The position numbers were made by a program, and so were the translations under genes. Source: Bacteroidia bacterium (GTDB taxonomy: Bacteria > Bacteroidota > Bacteroidia > NS11-12g > UBA9320). Taken from it: DNA of 51,437 nucleotides. Shown here in pieces: positions 1 through 10,103 of the stretch. The stretch covers positions 1 to 51,437 of the forward strand of contig JBLHOC010000002.1 in assembly GCA_047620825.1 (NCBI GenBank). The letters are read 5' to 3'. Below the pieces are notes generated by a model. That model searched no databases. It was not told the origin of the DNA and saw only the letters and a list, made by a program, of their open reading frames with translations. The first letter of the stretch is position 1. Every line of letters starts with the position of its first letter.

Positions 1-6
1 AAAATA

Positions 7-1425
7 ATGTGTAATTCGGCATTGGAGGTGTGGTGTGTTTTCAACCCCAAAGGTATTTGGGGAAACCTCATCTCCATTTTGCTATTTAGGACGCCATTGA
101 TTTCAAATCAACTATCGGCTCAATGGTCGCAGGTAGGTACCGACTTAGGAGTAACTTCCAGTCAAAGTACAATTTCAGTTGCTTTCAAGCCCTCTACAAA
201 CGAGCCGCATGTGGCATATTACTCTTATACAGATAACACCTTTAAAATTCAAAAATTCAACGGATCATCTTGGTCCCAAGTTGGCGATGATTTAGGGGTT
301 GCTCGTTTCCAAAGAGTAATTTCCATCGCTTTCAACCCAAACACAAACGAACCATATGTCGCTTTTCAATCTATAGAAGATGACGCTTTTGAAATCCATA
401 AATTCGACGGAACAACATGGTCGCAAGTTGGGGCAGATTTGGGCTATTCTTCCTCTTTTGACGAAATTTCAATTATTTTCAATCCATCAACCAATGAACC
501 TTACGTTGCTTATTCAGATGGAGCAGATAGTGCCTTTAAAATTCAAAAATTCAACGGTACAACTTGGACCCAAGTTGGTTCAGATTTAAGTGTTGCTAAA
601 AACCAAAGTTATTGGTCAAGCAGTACAATTGCCATCGCTTTCAACCCCAGTACAAACGAACCTTATGTTGCCTATCGTGATTTTCCGTCTAGTACGTATA
701 CAATTCAAAAATTCGACAACACATCTTGGACCCAAGTTGGTGCCAATTTAGATTATGCTTCCGATGGAAAGGGTATTTCAATCGCTTTTAACCCATCCAC
801 GAACAAACCATATGTGGCCTATCCATCTTTCGATGATTATGCCTTCAAAATTCAAAAATTCGATGGCACATCCTGGGCTCAAGTTGGTACGGTCATAGGT
901 TATGCCGGCCGTGGACTTGGAGTTTCATTGGCTTTTAATCCTTCCACAAAAGAACCTTACGTTGCCTATGCAAATCCACTGGATTATGCTTTTAAAATTC
1001 ATAAATTCAATGGAACATCATGGGCTCAAGTTGGTGTTGATTTAGGGTTTACTAGTTTTGATGAAGGGATATCACTTGCTTTCAACCCATCTTCCAATGA
1101 ACCGTATGTTGCTTATTCAGATAAGCAAGAAAAAACGTTCAAAATTGAAAAATTTGGTGACATTTTAAGTCTTCCAGATTTAAAAAACACATCAATTAAT
1201 ATGAAGGTCTATCCAAATCCCACTATAGGAAATGCTCAGGTAGCCTTTGATGAAAGTGCATTCGGAGTCCAGTATATACTCTTTGATTTGGTTGGCAAAG
1301 AAGTGCTGCGAGGAAACATCAATAAGCAAAACGAGATAATCAATCTGGAAAATCTTACCAAAGGCTCATATCTGCTGCGTATTGAAGGATCATACAGTCA
1401 AGGTTTAAAACTGATAAAATTGTAA
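7..1425 (+). CDS. Secreted repeat protein: seven tandem ~49-aa repeats (probable 7-bladed beta-propeller) plus a C-terminal T9SS (Por) sorting domain
   Basis: 472-aa ORF. The unit W[ST]QVG.DLG...IS[IL]AFNPSTNEPYVAY....FKIQKF[ND]GT[ST] recurs 7 times. The last ~75 aa (KVYPNPTIGNAQVAF...GSYLLRIEG...LKLIKL) fit the Bacteroidota T9SS CTD pattern. The start is uncertain: the ATG lies 6 nt from the window edge. A hydrophobic stretch ending LSAQ/W looks like a signal-peptide cleavage site. Confidence 0.75.
   Translation: MCNSALEVWCVFNPKGIWGNLISILLFRTPLISNQLSAQWSQVGTDLGVTSSQSTISVAFKPSTNEPHVAYYSYTDNTFKIQKFNGSSWSQVGDDLGVARFQRVISIAFNPNTNEPYVAFQSIEDDAFEIHKFDGTTWSQVGADLGYSSSFDEISIIFNPSTNEPYVAYSDGADSAFKIQKFNGTTWTQVGSDLSVAKNQSYWSSSTIAIAFNPSTNEPYVAYRDFPSSTYTIQKFDNTSWTQVGANLDYASDGKGISIAFNPSTNKPYVAYPSFDDYAFKIQKFDGTSWAQVGTVIGYAGRGLGVSLAFNPSTKEPYVAYANPLDYAFKIHKFNGTSWAQVGVDLGFTSFDEGISLAFNPSSNEPYVAYSDKQEKTFKIEKFGDILSLPDLKNTSINMKVYPNPTIGNAQVAFDESAFGVQYILFDLVGKEVLRGNINKQNEIINLENLTKGSYLLRIEGSYSQGLKLIKL
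124..1167 (+). repeat. In-frame tandem coding repeat, 7 units, period 147 bp (one unit 162 bp)
   Basis: The TGG of the W[ST]QVG motif recurs at 124, 271, 418, 565, 727, 874 and 1021. Spacing is 147 bp five times and 162 bp once. Confidence 0.85.
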
Positions 1426-1600
1426 TTTTTGCATTTACCCCATTTTGCAGTCAAAATAATTAATGTGACAGAACCATTTACTTGAGCAAACAAGGGTTTT
1501 GTCGCATCTGGCAAATTTCATCAATTTTTCTGCCAAAACAAGATTCACAAGAAGATTGTACAAAGTGATTTTGAGCAGTTTATAATTTCAGTAAATTCAA

Positions 1601-3245
1601 GCCGTTATTGAAATTTGTCTATTATCACTCAGAGGCAAACAATCAGAGGCACTAAAAACAGAAAATTAGAAGTAAAAACGAAACAAACTGAGTATTGACG
1701 GTATGTAAAAGACCTAGAAATCCTCATATCGGATGTTCGTTATAACGGACGCCTTGATATATAGCATATTACGAAAACGTGCTTTCTGATTTTGAAGTCG
1801 TTTTAAAAGGAAGTACTTTCGAGATAGGAATAACGAAAAAGTAGGATTGAAGGGTTGTTTTTTAAAAGATAACTCTAAGATTAATGCCTCAAAATTGAAT
1901 TAACAATTCAAATCGCAGCTTAACGACTTATTTGCTATTCTTCGTTCTTTAACAGCATTTGAAATAAAATTAGGACTAATCTTTGGCCTTGAATTGGTAT
2001 GAACCTCAAAGGGTGTGTAAATACCTAGGGAATAATGAGGACGAATGTGGCAGTAATCCTGAACATCTTCTTGTAGATGAAGGTCCAGATGGTCTCAATT
2101 GTATAAGGGCTTTCGAAAAAGGTAACTATGTTTTATAATCTTGTTATTCGCTTCAACCATAGAATTGGATTGAACAATGTCTTTTAAGGCAATCTTCTTG
2201 GTAATATCTACTTGAGAATCTTTGATAAACTGCTTTATAGTTTTGTTATTGTTTTCTGATCCACCATCTACGATCAAGTCAATCGAACTGGTTTGATTTA
2301 TATCATCACCAAATTCTTGATAGACTGCCTCCTTAATCGTTTGTGTACGAATCTTACCATTACACCTAGAGGCCACCTTCGAATTCAGAATGTGCTTAGA
2401 GTAATTATCAACGATAAGATACACATAGTGTTTCACCCTATCCAAGGTTGTAACAACAGTAATATCAGCATGCCAAGTATGATTTGGTCGTGGTGCAGTT
2501 ATTGGGTCGTAAACTTTCTTAAATCGACCTTTCTTGTCTTTTTTACGAAACTCAAATTTTTGATTGTATCGGTACCAAGAATTAAGCGATAAAGAAACAT
2601 GGCCTTTTCGAATAGCATATCCCCATACTGAACAAATTGGCCAATGTTCAAATCGTTTTCGATTAAGCAATCGCTTCATGGTTGATATTTCAGCTTGCGT
2701 AGCTTGATTGGGTACCTTTTTAACACAGAGACCTAATGGAGACATATTACATTTGAACTTAGAAACGTTTTTCCAGTATCGGAATGTATGGGTCTTGATA
2801 TCAAGAAAGGAACAAAGGGTTTTGACTCCCTCACCAAAAGATACCTGAGTGGATTCAATCAGTTTAACAACCATTCTAAAATTATCACGAAAAGCATCGC
2901 GAATCGTATCCTTACCTATAATATGAATCAGGGTAAGTTTAATCTTGGTGTAGGTAATGAATAACTGTTTTTCTTTAGATACTTTGTGATCATACAAAAG
3001 CTTTAACTCATCAATATTTTCACCAATTCCATTGGCCAGTTCATAACCAACAAACTTATCATGTGTTTCATTTTTCCATCCATGAGTCGTAGAGCGAGGA
3101 ATGGTTTCTAGAAACTCCTTAGGAAGCCAGTTTTTGTGAATATCAAGAGCAAAAGCAAGTTTAATCGTAGAATGATATGATTTTCTTGTTGTCATAAGCC
3201 AAAATCAAAGCCATTATATTTTATAAATGCCGTTATTGCGAACTT
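1601..3245 (-). mobile_element. Insertion sequence carrying an rve/DDE transposase; boundaries only approximate
   Basis: A single transposase gene is flanked by ~300 bp and ~50 bp of non-coding DNA. Candidate ends: a 10-bp direct repeat GCCGTTATTG at 1601..1610 and 3229..3238, or an imperfect inverted match GTTCG(TT/CA)ATAACGG at 1736..1749 versus the reverse complement of 3232..3245. Neither is strong enough to fix the ends. Confidence 0.35.
1900..3195 (-). pseudogene. DDE-type (rve integrase-core) transposase interrupted by an in-frame TGA at 2095..2097
   Basis: The 366-aa ORF 2095..3195 contains HTWHADIT (first D), LIVDGGSEN (second D) and MVEANNKIIKH (E). The same frame reads on past the TGA for 64 more codons to a TAA at 1900..1902: DHLDLHLQEDVQDYCHIRPHYSLGIYTPFEVH... 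This is the conserved (Y/C)x..RPH.sLg..TP tail of rve transposases. Confidence 0.7.
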
Positions 3246-3340
3246 CTTTAGAACCCCAATTTTACAACACCTTAAAAACATAATCGCCTATTAATGAGGC
3301 AAATATACTTGAAAAATGTTCGACATAAGGCTCCTAAGGG

Positions 3341-3664
3341 CTACCCCACAAGTAACATCATGGCCACAAACCCCATAAAAAAATATAGAAACATGAACAA
3401 AAGCCAAACATTCGGATTCGTTCCATAAAGTCCACGAATTAGTGTGCCCTCGTCAACTTCTTCAAAGTTTAAGGTTAATTGAGGCGACCAAAAATGAGCC
3501 TGGTCTAAGGGAATGTTAACCGTTGCATGTCGGTGTACAATAGAACCTAATATCTGATCTTCGTTGTTGTCGAATATGAGCTGCAATTGTGATAACAATG
3601 CCTCCAAAGATTGTTGGCTCTGTTTCCTAAACCGAGGTCTAATTTCAAGGAATTCTAATGACAT
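3341..3664 (-). CDS. Hypothetical small membrane protein, possibly 3'-truncated
   Basis: 107-aa ORF. Its C-terminus (NVWLLFMFLYFFMGFVAMMLLVG) ends at a TAG inside a hydrophobic helix. It lies directly beside the IS-like element. Confidence 0.4.
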   Translation of the reverse strand: MSLEFLEIRPRFRKQSQQSLEALLSQLQLIFDNNEDQILGSIVHRHATVNIPLDQAHFWSPQLTLNFEEVDEGTLIRGLYGTNPNVWLLFMFLYFFMGFVAMMLLVG

Positions 3665-3992
3665 GTTCGCGAATATTCAGTTTTCTTATCGTATTTGAAC
3701 TGATAATTATCAGATATTGATTTTATTTCCAAATCAATGCAACATATTGCGATTGTAATCGTCTAATACATATAAAGTATACTTAAGAAAGCATCTAATC
3801 TAAGCTGAACATTGGCTTAATATTGATACGAAATAGAAATAAGCCTCTGCCAGTAACACTTTATACTTAATTACACACTACAGATATTACCACATGCAGG
3901 GATGCATAATGGTAGCGTGAAGTTGGTGGAGGCTTTTTTCATTTATTCAAAATCATCTTTTTAGTAAATCACATAATATTTCCTTAAAAAAA

Positions 3993-4030
3993 GGCATAAA
4001 AAAAAGGTTGAGCAGAACCCAACCTTTTTC
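3993..4030 (-). terminator. Rho-independent terminator downstream of the lipoprotein gene
   Basis: The minus strand reads AAAAAGGTTG-ggttctgct-CAACCTTTTTTTTT, about 17 nt after the stop of 4047..4559. Confidence 0.6.
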
Positions 4031-4046
4031 AAATATCGTACGATTA

Positions 4047-4559
4047 TTAAATCTCTACGTTAAATGTCGTTGTAACCGTTACTGTATGATCAACAGGAAT
4101 AACGTCATCATTCGTTGCTTCTAATTTGAATGAAAATGAACCACCTTTGATGTAATCAGTTAATTCAATATCAAGTCCAGCAATGTCAATTACTTTAATA
4201 CCCAAGTCAACATTATCAACACCAGCTACTTCAGTTTCTGGTTGTCCTTCAGCAGTGATATAAACCTTTGCTGTTTTAGCCCAATCAAAATTTCCAGTTT
4301 CAGGAGATATTAAATTGATTTGAACAGTCTTAAGCGTCGCATTTTTAATTGCATCTGCAGAAACACCATTCTTTTCCATTTCACTTTTTGGATCAATTAA
4401 GCCAGATTCCAACACATATGAAGTATCAGAAGATGTTGTGGCGTCAATTGTTAACTCTGCAGTAGCAAAGTCCATGTCGTAATTAATAATGCTTAAATCG
4501 TCACAAGAAGTTACAATCGCCATAAAGCCTATAATAAGTGCTGCAATTTTAAATTTCAT
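4047..4559 (-). CDS. Hypothetical lipoprotein
   Basis: 170-aa ORF with a lipoprotein signal peptide MKFKIAALIIGFMAIVTSC/DD. A terminator follows it. Confidence 0.7.
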   Translation of the reverse strand: MKFKIAALIIGFMAIVTSCDDLSIINYDMDFATAELTIDATTSSDTSYVLESGLIDPKSEMEKNGVSADAIKNATLKTVQINLISPETGNFDWAKTAKVYITAEGQPETEVAGVDNVDLGIKVIDIAGLDIELTDYIKGGSFSFKLEATNDDVIPVDHTVTVTTTFNVEI

Positions 4560-4758
4560 TTTGTATTATTTTTTTACAAAAGTTAAAAAAAAACACTGAT
4601 TTAGCAAGAGATAACTCTGTTTTTAGCATAAGCCACTGACCAGAGTGTAAGCGAATTACATTTGAATACCATCAAAGTCGTTTTGAATTATGCCGATTAA
4701 ACAGGTTTAATTCGCATAACATAAGCGTTTGGACGACTTATAATTGTAACCAATTTGT

Positions 4759-6672
4759 ATGAAATGTATGAAAACCAGTTTTGCTTTTATCATAGTATTG
4801 ATATCATTAAACAGTTGCCAAGTGAATAAAGAACCTGAATTAGACGTACCAACTATACCAATAGTTGACTTTTTTAGGAATCCGGAAAAAAGCGGATATT
4901 CCATATCTCCAGATGGGACTCATTTTGCATTTATGTCACCGGTGAAACAACGCATGAATGTGTTTGTTCAAAAAATTGGTTCTGAAAACAGTAAGCAAAT
5001 CACTTTCGAAACGAGTCGTAGTATTGCTGATTTTTTCTGGAAAGGGAATAACCACATTATGTATTTAAAAGATGTGGGGGGAGACGAAAACTATGCGCTA
5101 TACGGAACAAAAATTGACAGCGGAAGTGTTCGTGCCTATACCCAGTTCGATAAGGTTATGACTCAGATAATTGATCGACTAAAAGATGATGCAAATCACA
5201 TAATTCTTGGATTGAACAAACGAGATTCAAGGGTTTTTGACGCGTATCGATTAAATATCAATACCGGAGACTTATTATTAATTGCCGAAAACCCCGGATC
5301 AATTTCTGGTTGGATGACCGACCATGAAGGCAAGTTACGTTTGGCCACAGTTACAGACGGGGTAAATACTAGTATTCTATATAGAAAGACAGAACTTGAC
5401 GTTTGGGATACGGTTATCACGACGGATTTTAAGGAGTCATTTAATCCACAGTTTTTTGATTTTCATGACACGGCAGTCGTTTATGGGGTGTCTAATATTG
5501 GTCGAGATAAAATGGCCCTTGTCCGGTTTGATATGTCGACAGGCAAAGAAGTTGAGGAGCTCTATAAAAATGACAACTACGACATTACTGGTGCTGCTTT
5601 TTCACATAAAAGAAAGGTACTCACATCTGTATTCTGGATTGGAGAAAAAGCAGAACGTAGTGGTTTTGATCCTGCCATAGAGCAGATTTATACTCAATTA
5701 CAGACGGAACTACCAGGTATGGAGGTTTATCTCACATCACGCAATGAAGCTGAAAACTTGTATATGGTTCGTACAATGAATGATAGAACGAGGGGTAGTT
5801 ATTATACCTATACCGTAGCAACCAAATCATTACAGAAGGTTGCGGATATTTCACCTTGGCTCAACCCTAATGTTTTATCCGAAATGAAACCGATTACCTA
5901 TAAAAGTCGAGATGGCCTCACGATCCATGGTTACCTCACCCTGCCAATAGGTGTTAAAGCGGAAAACTTACCTGTCATTATTAATCCGCATGGTGGACCA
6001 TGGGCAAGAGATGTCTGGGGGTTTAATCCAGAGGTTCAGTTTTTGGCAAACAGGGGTTACGCCGTGCTTCAAATGAATTTCAGAGGATCGACTTCATATG
6101 GTAGAAGTTTTTGGGAAGCGTCCTTCAAACAATGGGGTCAAAACATGCAGAATGATATTAGTGATGGCGTCAGATATTTAGTCAAAGAGGGTATAGCGGA
6201 TCAGAATAGAATTGGGATATATGGTGCAAGTTATGGTGGATATGCCACGTTAGCTGGAGTAACGCTAACGCCTGATTTATATGCTTGTGCGGTTGATTAT
6301 GTTGGAGTGAGCAATTTGTTTTCGTTTATGGAAACAATTCCACCATACTGGTCTCAGTATAAGGCCATGATGTATGAGATGGTTGGAGATCCTGTGGACG
6401 ATAAAGAGATGCTAGCAAGATATTCACCTGTGTTGCATGTCGATCAAATTAAAACACCACTGTTCATAGCACAAGGGGCGAATGACCAAAGAGTGAAACA
6501 GGCTGAAAGTGACCAGATGGTTGAAGCGCTAAAAAGCAGAGGTATTGATGTTCAATACATGTTGAAGGAAAATGAAGGTCACGGATTTAGTAACGAAGAA
6601 AATAAATTCGAATTCTACGAAACAATGGAATCATTTTTGGCCAAATATCTAAGACCTGGATTTAAAGAATGA
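4759..6672 (+). CDS. S9 family serine peptidase (prolyl oligopeptidase / dipeptidyl aminopeptidase-like)
   Basis: 637 aa. An N-terminal lipoprotein-like signal (LISLNSC) is followed by a beta-propeller-length N-domain. The C-terminal alpha/beta hydrolase carries nucleophile GASYGGY, acid GANDQRV and His EGHGF. Confidence 0.9.
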   Translation: MKCMKTSFAFIIVLISLNSCQVNKEPELDVPTIPIVDFFRNPEKSGYSISPDGTHFAFMSPVKQRMNVFVQKIGSENSKQITFETSRSIADFFWKGNNHIMYLKDVGGDENYALYGTKIDSGSVRAYTQFDKVMTQIIDRLKDDANHIILGLNKRDSRVFDAYRLNINTGDLLLIAENPGSISGWMTDHEGKLRLATVTDGVNTSILYRKTELDVWDTVITTDFKESFNPQFFDFHDTAVVYGVSNIGRDKMALVRFDMSTGKEVEELYKNDNYDITGAAFSHKRKVLTSVFWIGEKAERSGFDPAIEQIYTQLQTELPGMEVYLTSRNEAENLYMVRTMNDRTRGSYYTYTVATKSLQKVADISPWLNPNVLSEMKPITYKSRDGLTIHGYLTLPIGVKAENLPVIINPHGGPWARDVWGFNPEVQFLANRGYAVLQMNFRGSTSYGRSFWEASFKQWGQNMQNDISDGVRYLVKEGIADQNRIGIYGASYGGYATLAGVTLTPDLYACAVDYVGVSNLFSFMETIPPYWSQYKAMMYEMVGDPVDDKEMLARYSPVLHVDQIKTPLFIAQGANDQRVKQAESDQMVEALKSRGIDVQYMLKENEGHGFSNEENKFEFYETMESFLAKYLRPGFKE

Positions 6673-6740
6673 TCATAAAACTTGTCCGTAGTTGAAATAT
6701 GTCATCATTGTTTTCCTAAACAACTTGACCATATTTGTGT

Positions 6741-7328
6741 ATGAAACATTTTCATACTGGCTTTGTGGTGTTCCTGTTGCTTTTTGGGTTTTCATGTGGT
6801 TCAATTAAAAACATTGGATTAGAACCAGACTATAAACTTAAATACGATATAATTACGGGCCAAAAATCCGTTAGACTTGAGGTTCTAGTCGTAAAAGACA
6901 AACCTGAATGGATATTTGAGTATACGATCAAAGAGGAAAATTTGTCTGGCAGAATTAAGTCAACTGCGAAGGCCATAGACTCATCCAGTGAATTATTTCA
7001 TACGTTCAACGGACTTGATAAAACGCAAACTTCTGCGACGTCTCTAAAAATAAGCCGTCATTCCTACCAACAATTGAAGTTGGGTGAAAGCGTTGACCTG
7101 TCCTATCGGATTGGCTTTGTGAAAAACACATTGCCGTACAAAGTGGTCGAAAATAAAAGTCTTAAATATTTGATTGACGGAAAACTACGCATGCTCAATG
7201 TGCTTTATATTGAGGATACGCTAAACAAAGGTCATAGTTTGTGGGTGTGGGATAATCCAAATGCGCCAATAATCCTGCGTTTGAATTTTGGAAATGAAAT
7301 CGTTATTAAAGAAATTGAAACACAATAA
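6741..7328 (+). CDS. Hypothetical lipoprotein
   Basis: ORF with signal MKHFHTGFVVFLLLFGFSC/GS. The ATG at 6741 is preferred over the TTG at 6735. Confidence 0.6.
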   Translation: MKHFHTGFVVFLLLFGFSCGSIKNIGLEPDYKLKYDIITGQKSVRLEVLVVKDKPEWIFEYTIKEENLSGRIKSTAKAIDSSSELFHTFNGLDKTQTSATSLKISRHSYQQLKLGESVDLSYRIGFVKNTLPYKVVENKSLKYLIDGKLRMLNVLYIEDTLNKGHSLWVWDNPNAPIILRLNFGNEIVIKEIETQ

Positions 7329-7330
7329 AT

Positions 7331-8221
7331 TTAACGAATAAGCTTGATCCATTTGGGTAGATTATCCTGGATGAGAACAGGGTAGTTCTGCTCAACACTA
7401 CCAAAACTTTCGAAATAGGTTTTTACCCCCGGAATCTCAGAGCCCTCAAAGTCGAATGTGACAGGTTGCTCACTGTGGTGTTCCATGACCTTGGCCAAAA
7501 GGATGGACATAGTGTTCGAGTTTGTTTTAGTACTCTTGCTAGCGCCAAATACGTTTACCAATCGGTTGTACTTATTCAGAAACAATCCCATGGCCAAAGT
7601 GGTTTCGTTATCCTTGATCACATACATTTTAGCGCATTGATGGGTCATTGCATAACTAAACAAATCAAACGCTACATCGTAGGCTTTCTGTCCCAATTTA
7701 ACCTTGGCTTCAAGTTGGGTTTGATAGAACTGGATTAAGGCGTTTACATCTTCAAATTCAGAGAAAGTTAAGGCTGCGGATTTTCTAAGTCGTTTACGTA
7801 AAGACGATGAGAATCGAGCTTGAGTTTCACTATATGGAACTGATAAATCAATCACTAAGTTAGTTTTAGTGAGATTGCTGCTACCTGCGTTTTGATAGTT
7901 CAACGGGTAATATATGCGACGGTATTTCTTTGGAATAGTGTCAATAAATGGTTGAACATCAATTGAAGTCTTTTGAGAAAAAACGCCCAGCTGCTGTGAA
8001 AATAGTGGCTGATAAATCTGGTAGTAACCAAATAGTTTACGGTTATAAGGCAATGGCATCACGACTTCGTAGTCACCTAAAATCAAAGCATCCCATTGCT
8101 TGTTTGTACTAATATCGAGATACCAAGCGTCTGCGTATATCACGGCATTTGATGCACCAGCAATTGCCTCATTCCATAGTTGTAGGTCAATATCCTTATG
8201 TAATACATGCCTGATGCTCAT
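7331..8221 (-). CDS. Hypothetical protein, possibly a FemAB/GNAT-like acyltransferase fold
   Basis: Long ORF. The ATG at 8221 (MSIRHVLHKDIDLQLWNEAI...) is preferred over the upstream start at 8290. The family call comes from weak resemblance only. Confidence 0.5.
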   Translation of the reverse strand: MSIRHVLHKDIDLQLWNEAIAGASNAVIYADAWYLDISTNKQWDALILGDYEVVMPLPYNRKLFGYYQIYQPLFSQQLGVFSQKTSIDVQPFIDTIPKKYRRIYYPLNYQNAGSSNLTKTNLVIDLSVPYSETQARFSSSLRKRLRKSAALTFSEFEDVNALIQFYQTQLEAKVKLGQKAYDVAFDLFSYAMTHQCAKMYVIKDNETTLAMGLFLNKYNRLVNVFGASKSTKTNSNTMSILLAKVMEHHSEQPVTFDFEGSEIPGVKTYFESFGSVEQNYPVLIQDNLPKWIKLIR

Positions 8222-8508
8222 CCATGCAAGAATACAACAATTGTATTTTTGATGTGTATATTTCGTTTGGTATTGAGTTTTTCGATGCACATACAGTTTT
8301 GATGAGTAAAGATGGTACGCTGGATATGAGCCAATTGATCAGGTCGTTTACCTTTTATCTAATTCTGAGTATCAACACCTTAAAGTGGTTGTTTTGAAAT
8401 GACGTCTCAATTGAGTCTGCGTTGTTATTTACTTAGGTAACGGTGACGTTACTAGTCTCAAAACAGATTATTTTTGATACTTACAATTTTCATTTTAAAA
8501 CATACAAC

Positions 8509-10050
8509 ATGACGTTACGAAAAACCCTCTTCCTACTTATAATTATGGCTATGCTGCCACAATTAAGCTCTGCTCAATTAAAGACTAAATACGTGACTAT
8601 TTTCAAAAACGGTACGGCGTTTATTCAGAAGTCAGGGGAGGTAAAAACGAAGGAAAGCAGTTTTGTATGGACAGAAAATTTACCAGAAGCGATTTACGGT
8701 ACTTTTTGGTTTTCGTCTCCAACGGGGACCATCGTGTCAGTTAAAAGCAAGGCAGATACAATTGTTAAACAAAGAGAATGGGTGTCGTTTTTGGATTTGA
8801 TTCAATCAAACGTGGGCAAAGAAGCTGATATTGTTATGGAAGAAGACAAAAAGGTTTCCGGGAAAATTGTAAATGCAAAAGGAAACGGCTTAGATGCAAT
8901 TGTTCTACTTGAAACAACCACTGGCTACTTGATCATTAAGTCATTCGACATAACACAAGTGTCTATAAAAGGTGATTTAAATCAAATGGTAGAGTCCAAA
9001 AATGTTCAAACAGCTATATCTATTAACTTTCAAAAACCGAAAGACAAACAAACACTAGAATCTACGTATTTGTCTAAGGGATTTAATTGGACACCTATGT
9101 ATCAATTGAACTTAAATGATGAAACAAGTGGCACGTTATCTTTGAAAGCCTCGATAAAAAATAATGCAGAAAAAATTGAGAATGCCCAAGTAAATCTAGT
9201 AGTTGGAAGTCCCAATTTCCTCACAACAACCCAGCTCAGTGATCTGATTTCCTTTCAGTTTAATGTGTTTAATAATTTTAAAAATACAAACGGATTGGCA
9301 TTTGCTAATAATGCAGCAGGAAGGTTTTATGAAATGGATGCAAAAGGAAACGATAATGGCAATGTGAATATCACAGCAAGTGGTTTAGCAGATTTATATC
9401 TCTTTAAGCTGGACAATTTTTCAATGGATAAAGGTGAACGCGGGTTTTTCCCATTGTTTGAAACAAAGGTAAAAGTGGAGCATAAATACGTATGTAATTT
9501 GGCGGGAAATGCCGTGGTTAACAACAATAACTACTTAAAGAAGTATGCCTCTTTTTCCGATGTCTCACAGTTTTATCATCAGTTAAAAATATGGAATAAT
9601 TCAGCCAATCCATTTACGTCTGGAACACTAATCATCAATAAAGATTTGAATGGTGTCAAACAAGCGTTAGCAACAGCAAAATTGGATTACACGGCGATAG
9701 AGAATTGCTCTTACGCGACCATCTCCAATGCCCCAGATCTTGAAATTAAAGAGGAAGAAATTGAAACGTCTAGAACGTCTGCCTCAAAATATTGGAATAA
9801 GAATAAATATGTAGCGATCAACGTATCCTCAACGATTACAGTGCATAATTATAAGTCGAAAAAAGCCCATTTAGAAATCAAACGAATGATTTATGGGGAA
9901 CTAAAGAAAAGTGATCTTCCTTGGAAAATCACTGCCATTGCCAATCATTATTATGTGAATGAAGGTAGTAATGTGACTTGGTCCATGGACGTTGAACCTG
10001 GAAATGAAAAAACAATCACGTATTCGTACGTGGTGTATGTTAGAGGTTAG
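8509..10050 (+). CDS. Exported DUF4139-like protein
   Basis: The ATG at 8509 gives signal peptide MTLRKTLFLLIIMAMLPQLSSAQ. The central motif STYLSKGFNWTPMYQLNL resembles the DUF4139 signature (..W.P.Y.l.l). Confidence 0.55.
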   Translation: MTLRKTLFLLIIMAMLPQLSSAQLKTKYVTIFKNGTAFIQKSGEVKTKESSFVWTENLPEAIYGTFWFSSPTGTIVSVKSKADTIVKQREWVSFLDLIQSNVGKEADIVMEEDKKVSGKIVNAKGNGLDAIVLLETTTGYLIIKSFDITQVSIKGDLNQMVESKNVQTAISINFQKPKDKQTLESTYLSKGFNWTPMYQLNLNDETSGTLSLKASIKNNAEKIENAQVNLVVGSPNFLTTTQLSDLISFQFNVFNNFKNTNGLAFANNAAGRFYEMDAKGNDNGNVNITASGLADLYLFKLDNFSMDKGERGFFPLFETKVKVEHKYVCNLAGNAVVNNNNYLKKYASFSDVSQFYHQLKIWNNSANPFTSGTLIINKDLNGVKQALATAKLDYTAIENCSYATISNAPDLEIKEEEIETSRTSASKYWNKNKYVAINVSSTITVHNYKSKKAHLEIKRMIYGELKKSDLPWKITAIANHYYVNEGSNVTWSMDVEPGNEKTITYSYVVYVRG

Positions 10051-10103
10051 TCTTGTTTTATACGTGCTACATAACCGGACGTATTGCGGTTAGTGTTTTA
10101 CGT

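Noticed and set aside
1426-1899. Remnant ORF or ncRNA in the ~470-bp spacer between the T9SS repeat gene and the transposase
   Set aside because: The only feature is a short minus-strand frame with a Cys-rich peptide (…CESCFGRKIDEICQ…), interrupted by stops. It is not enough to call anything.
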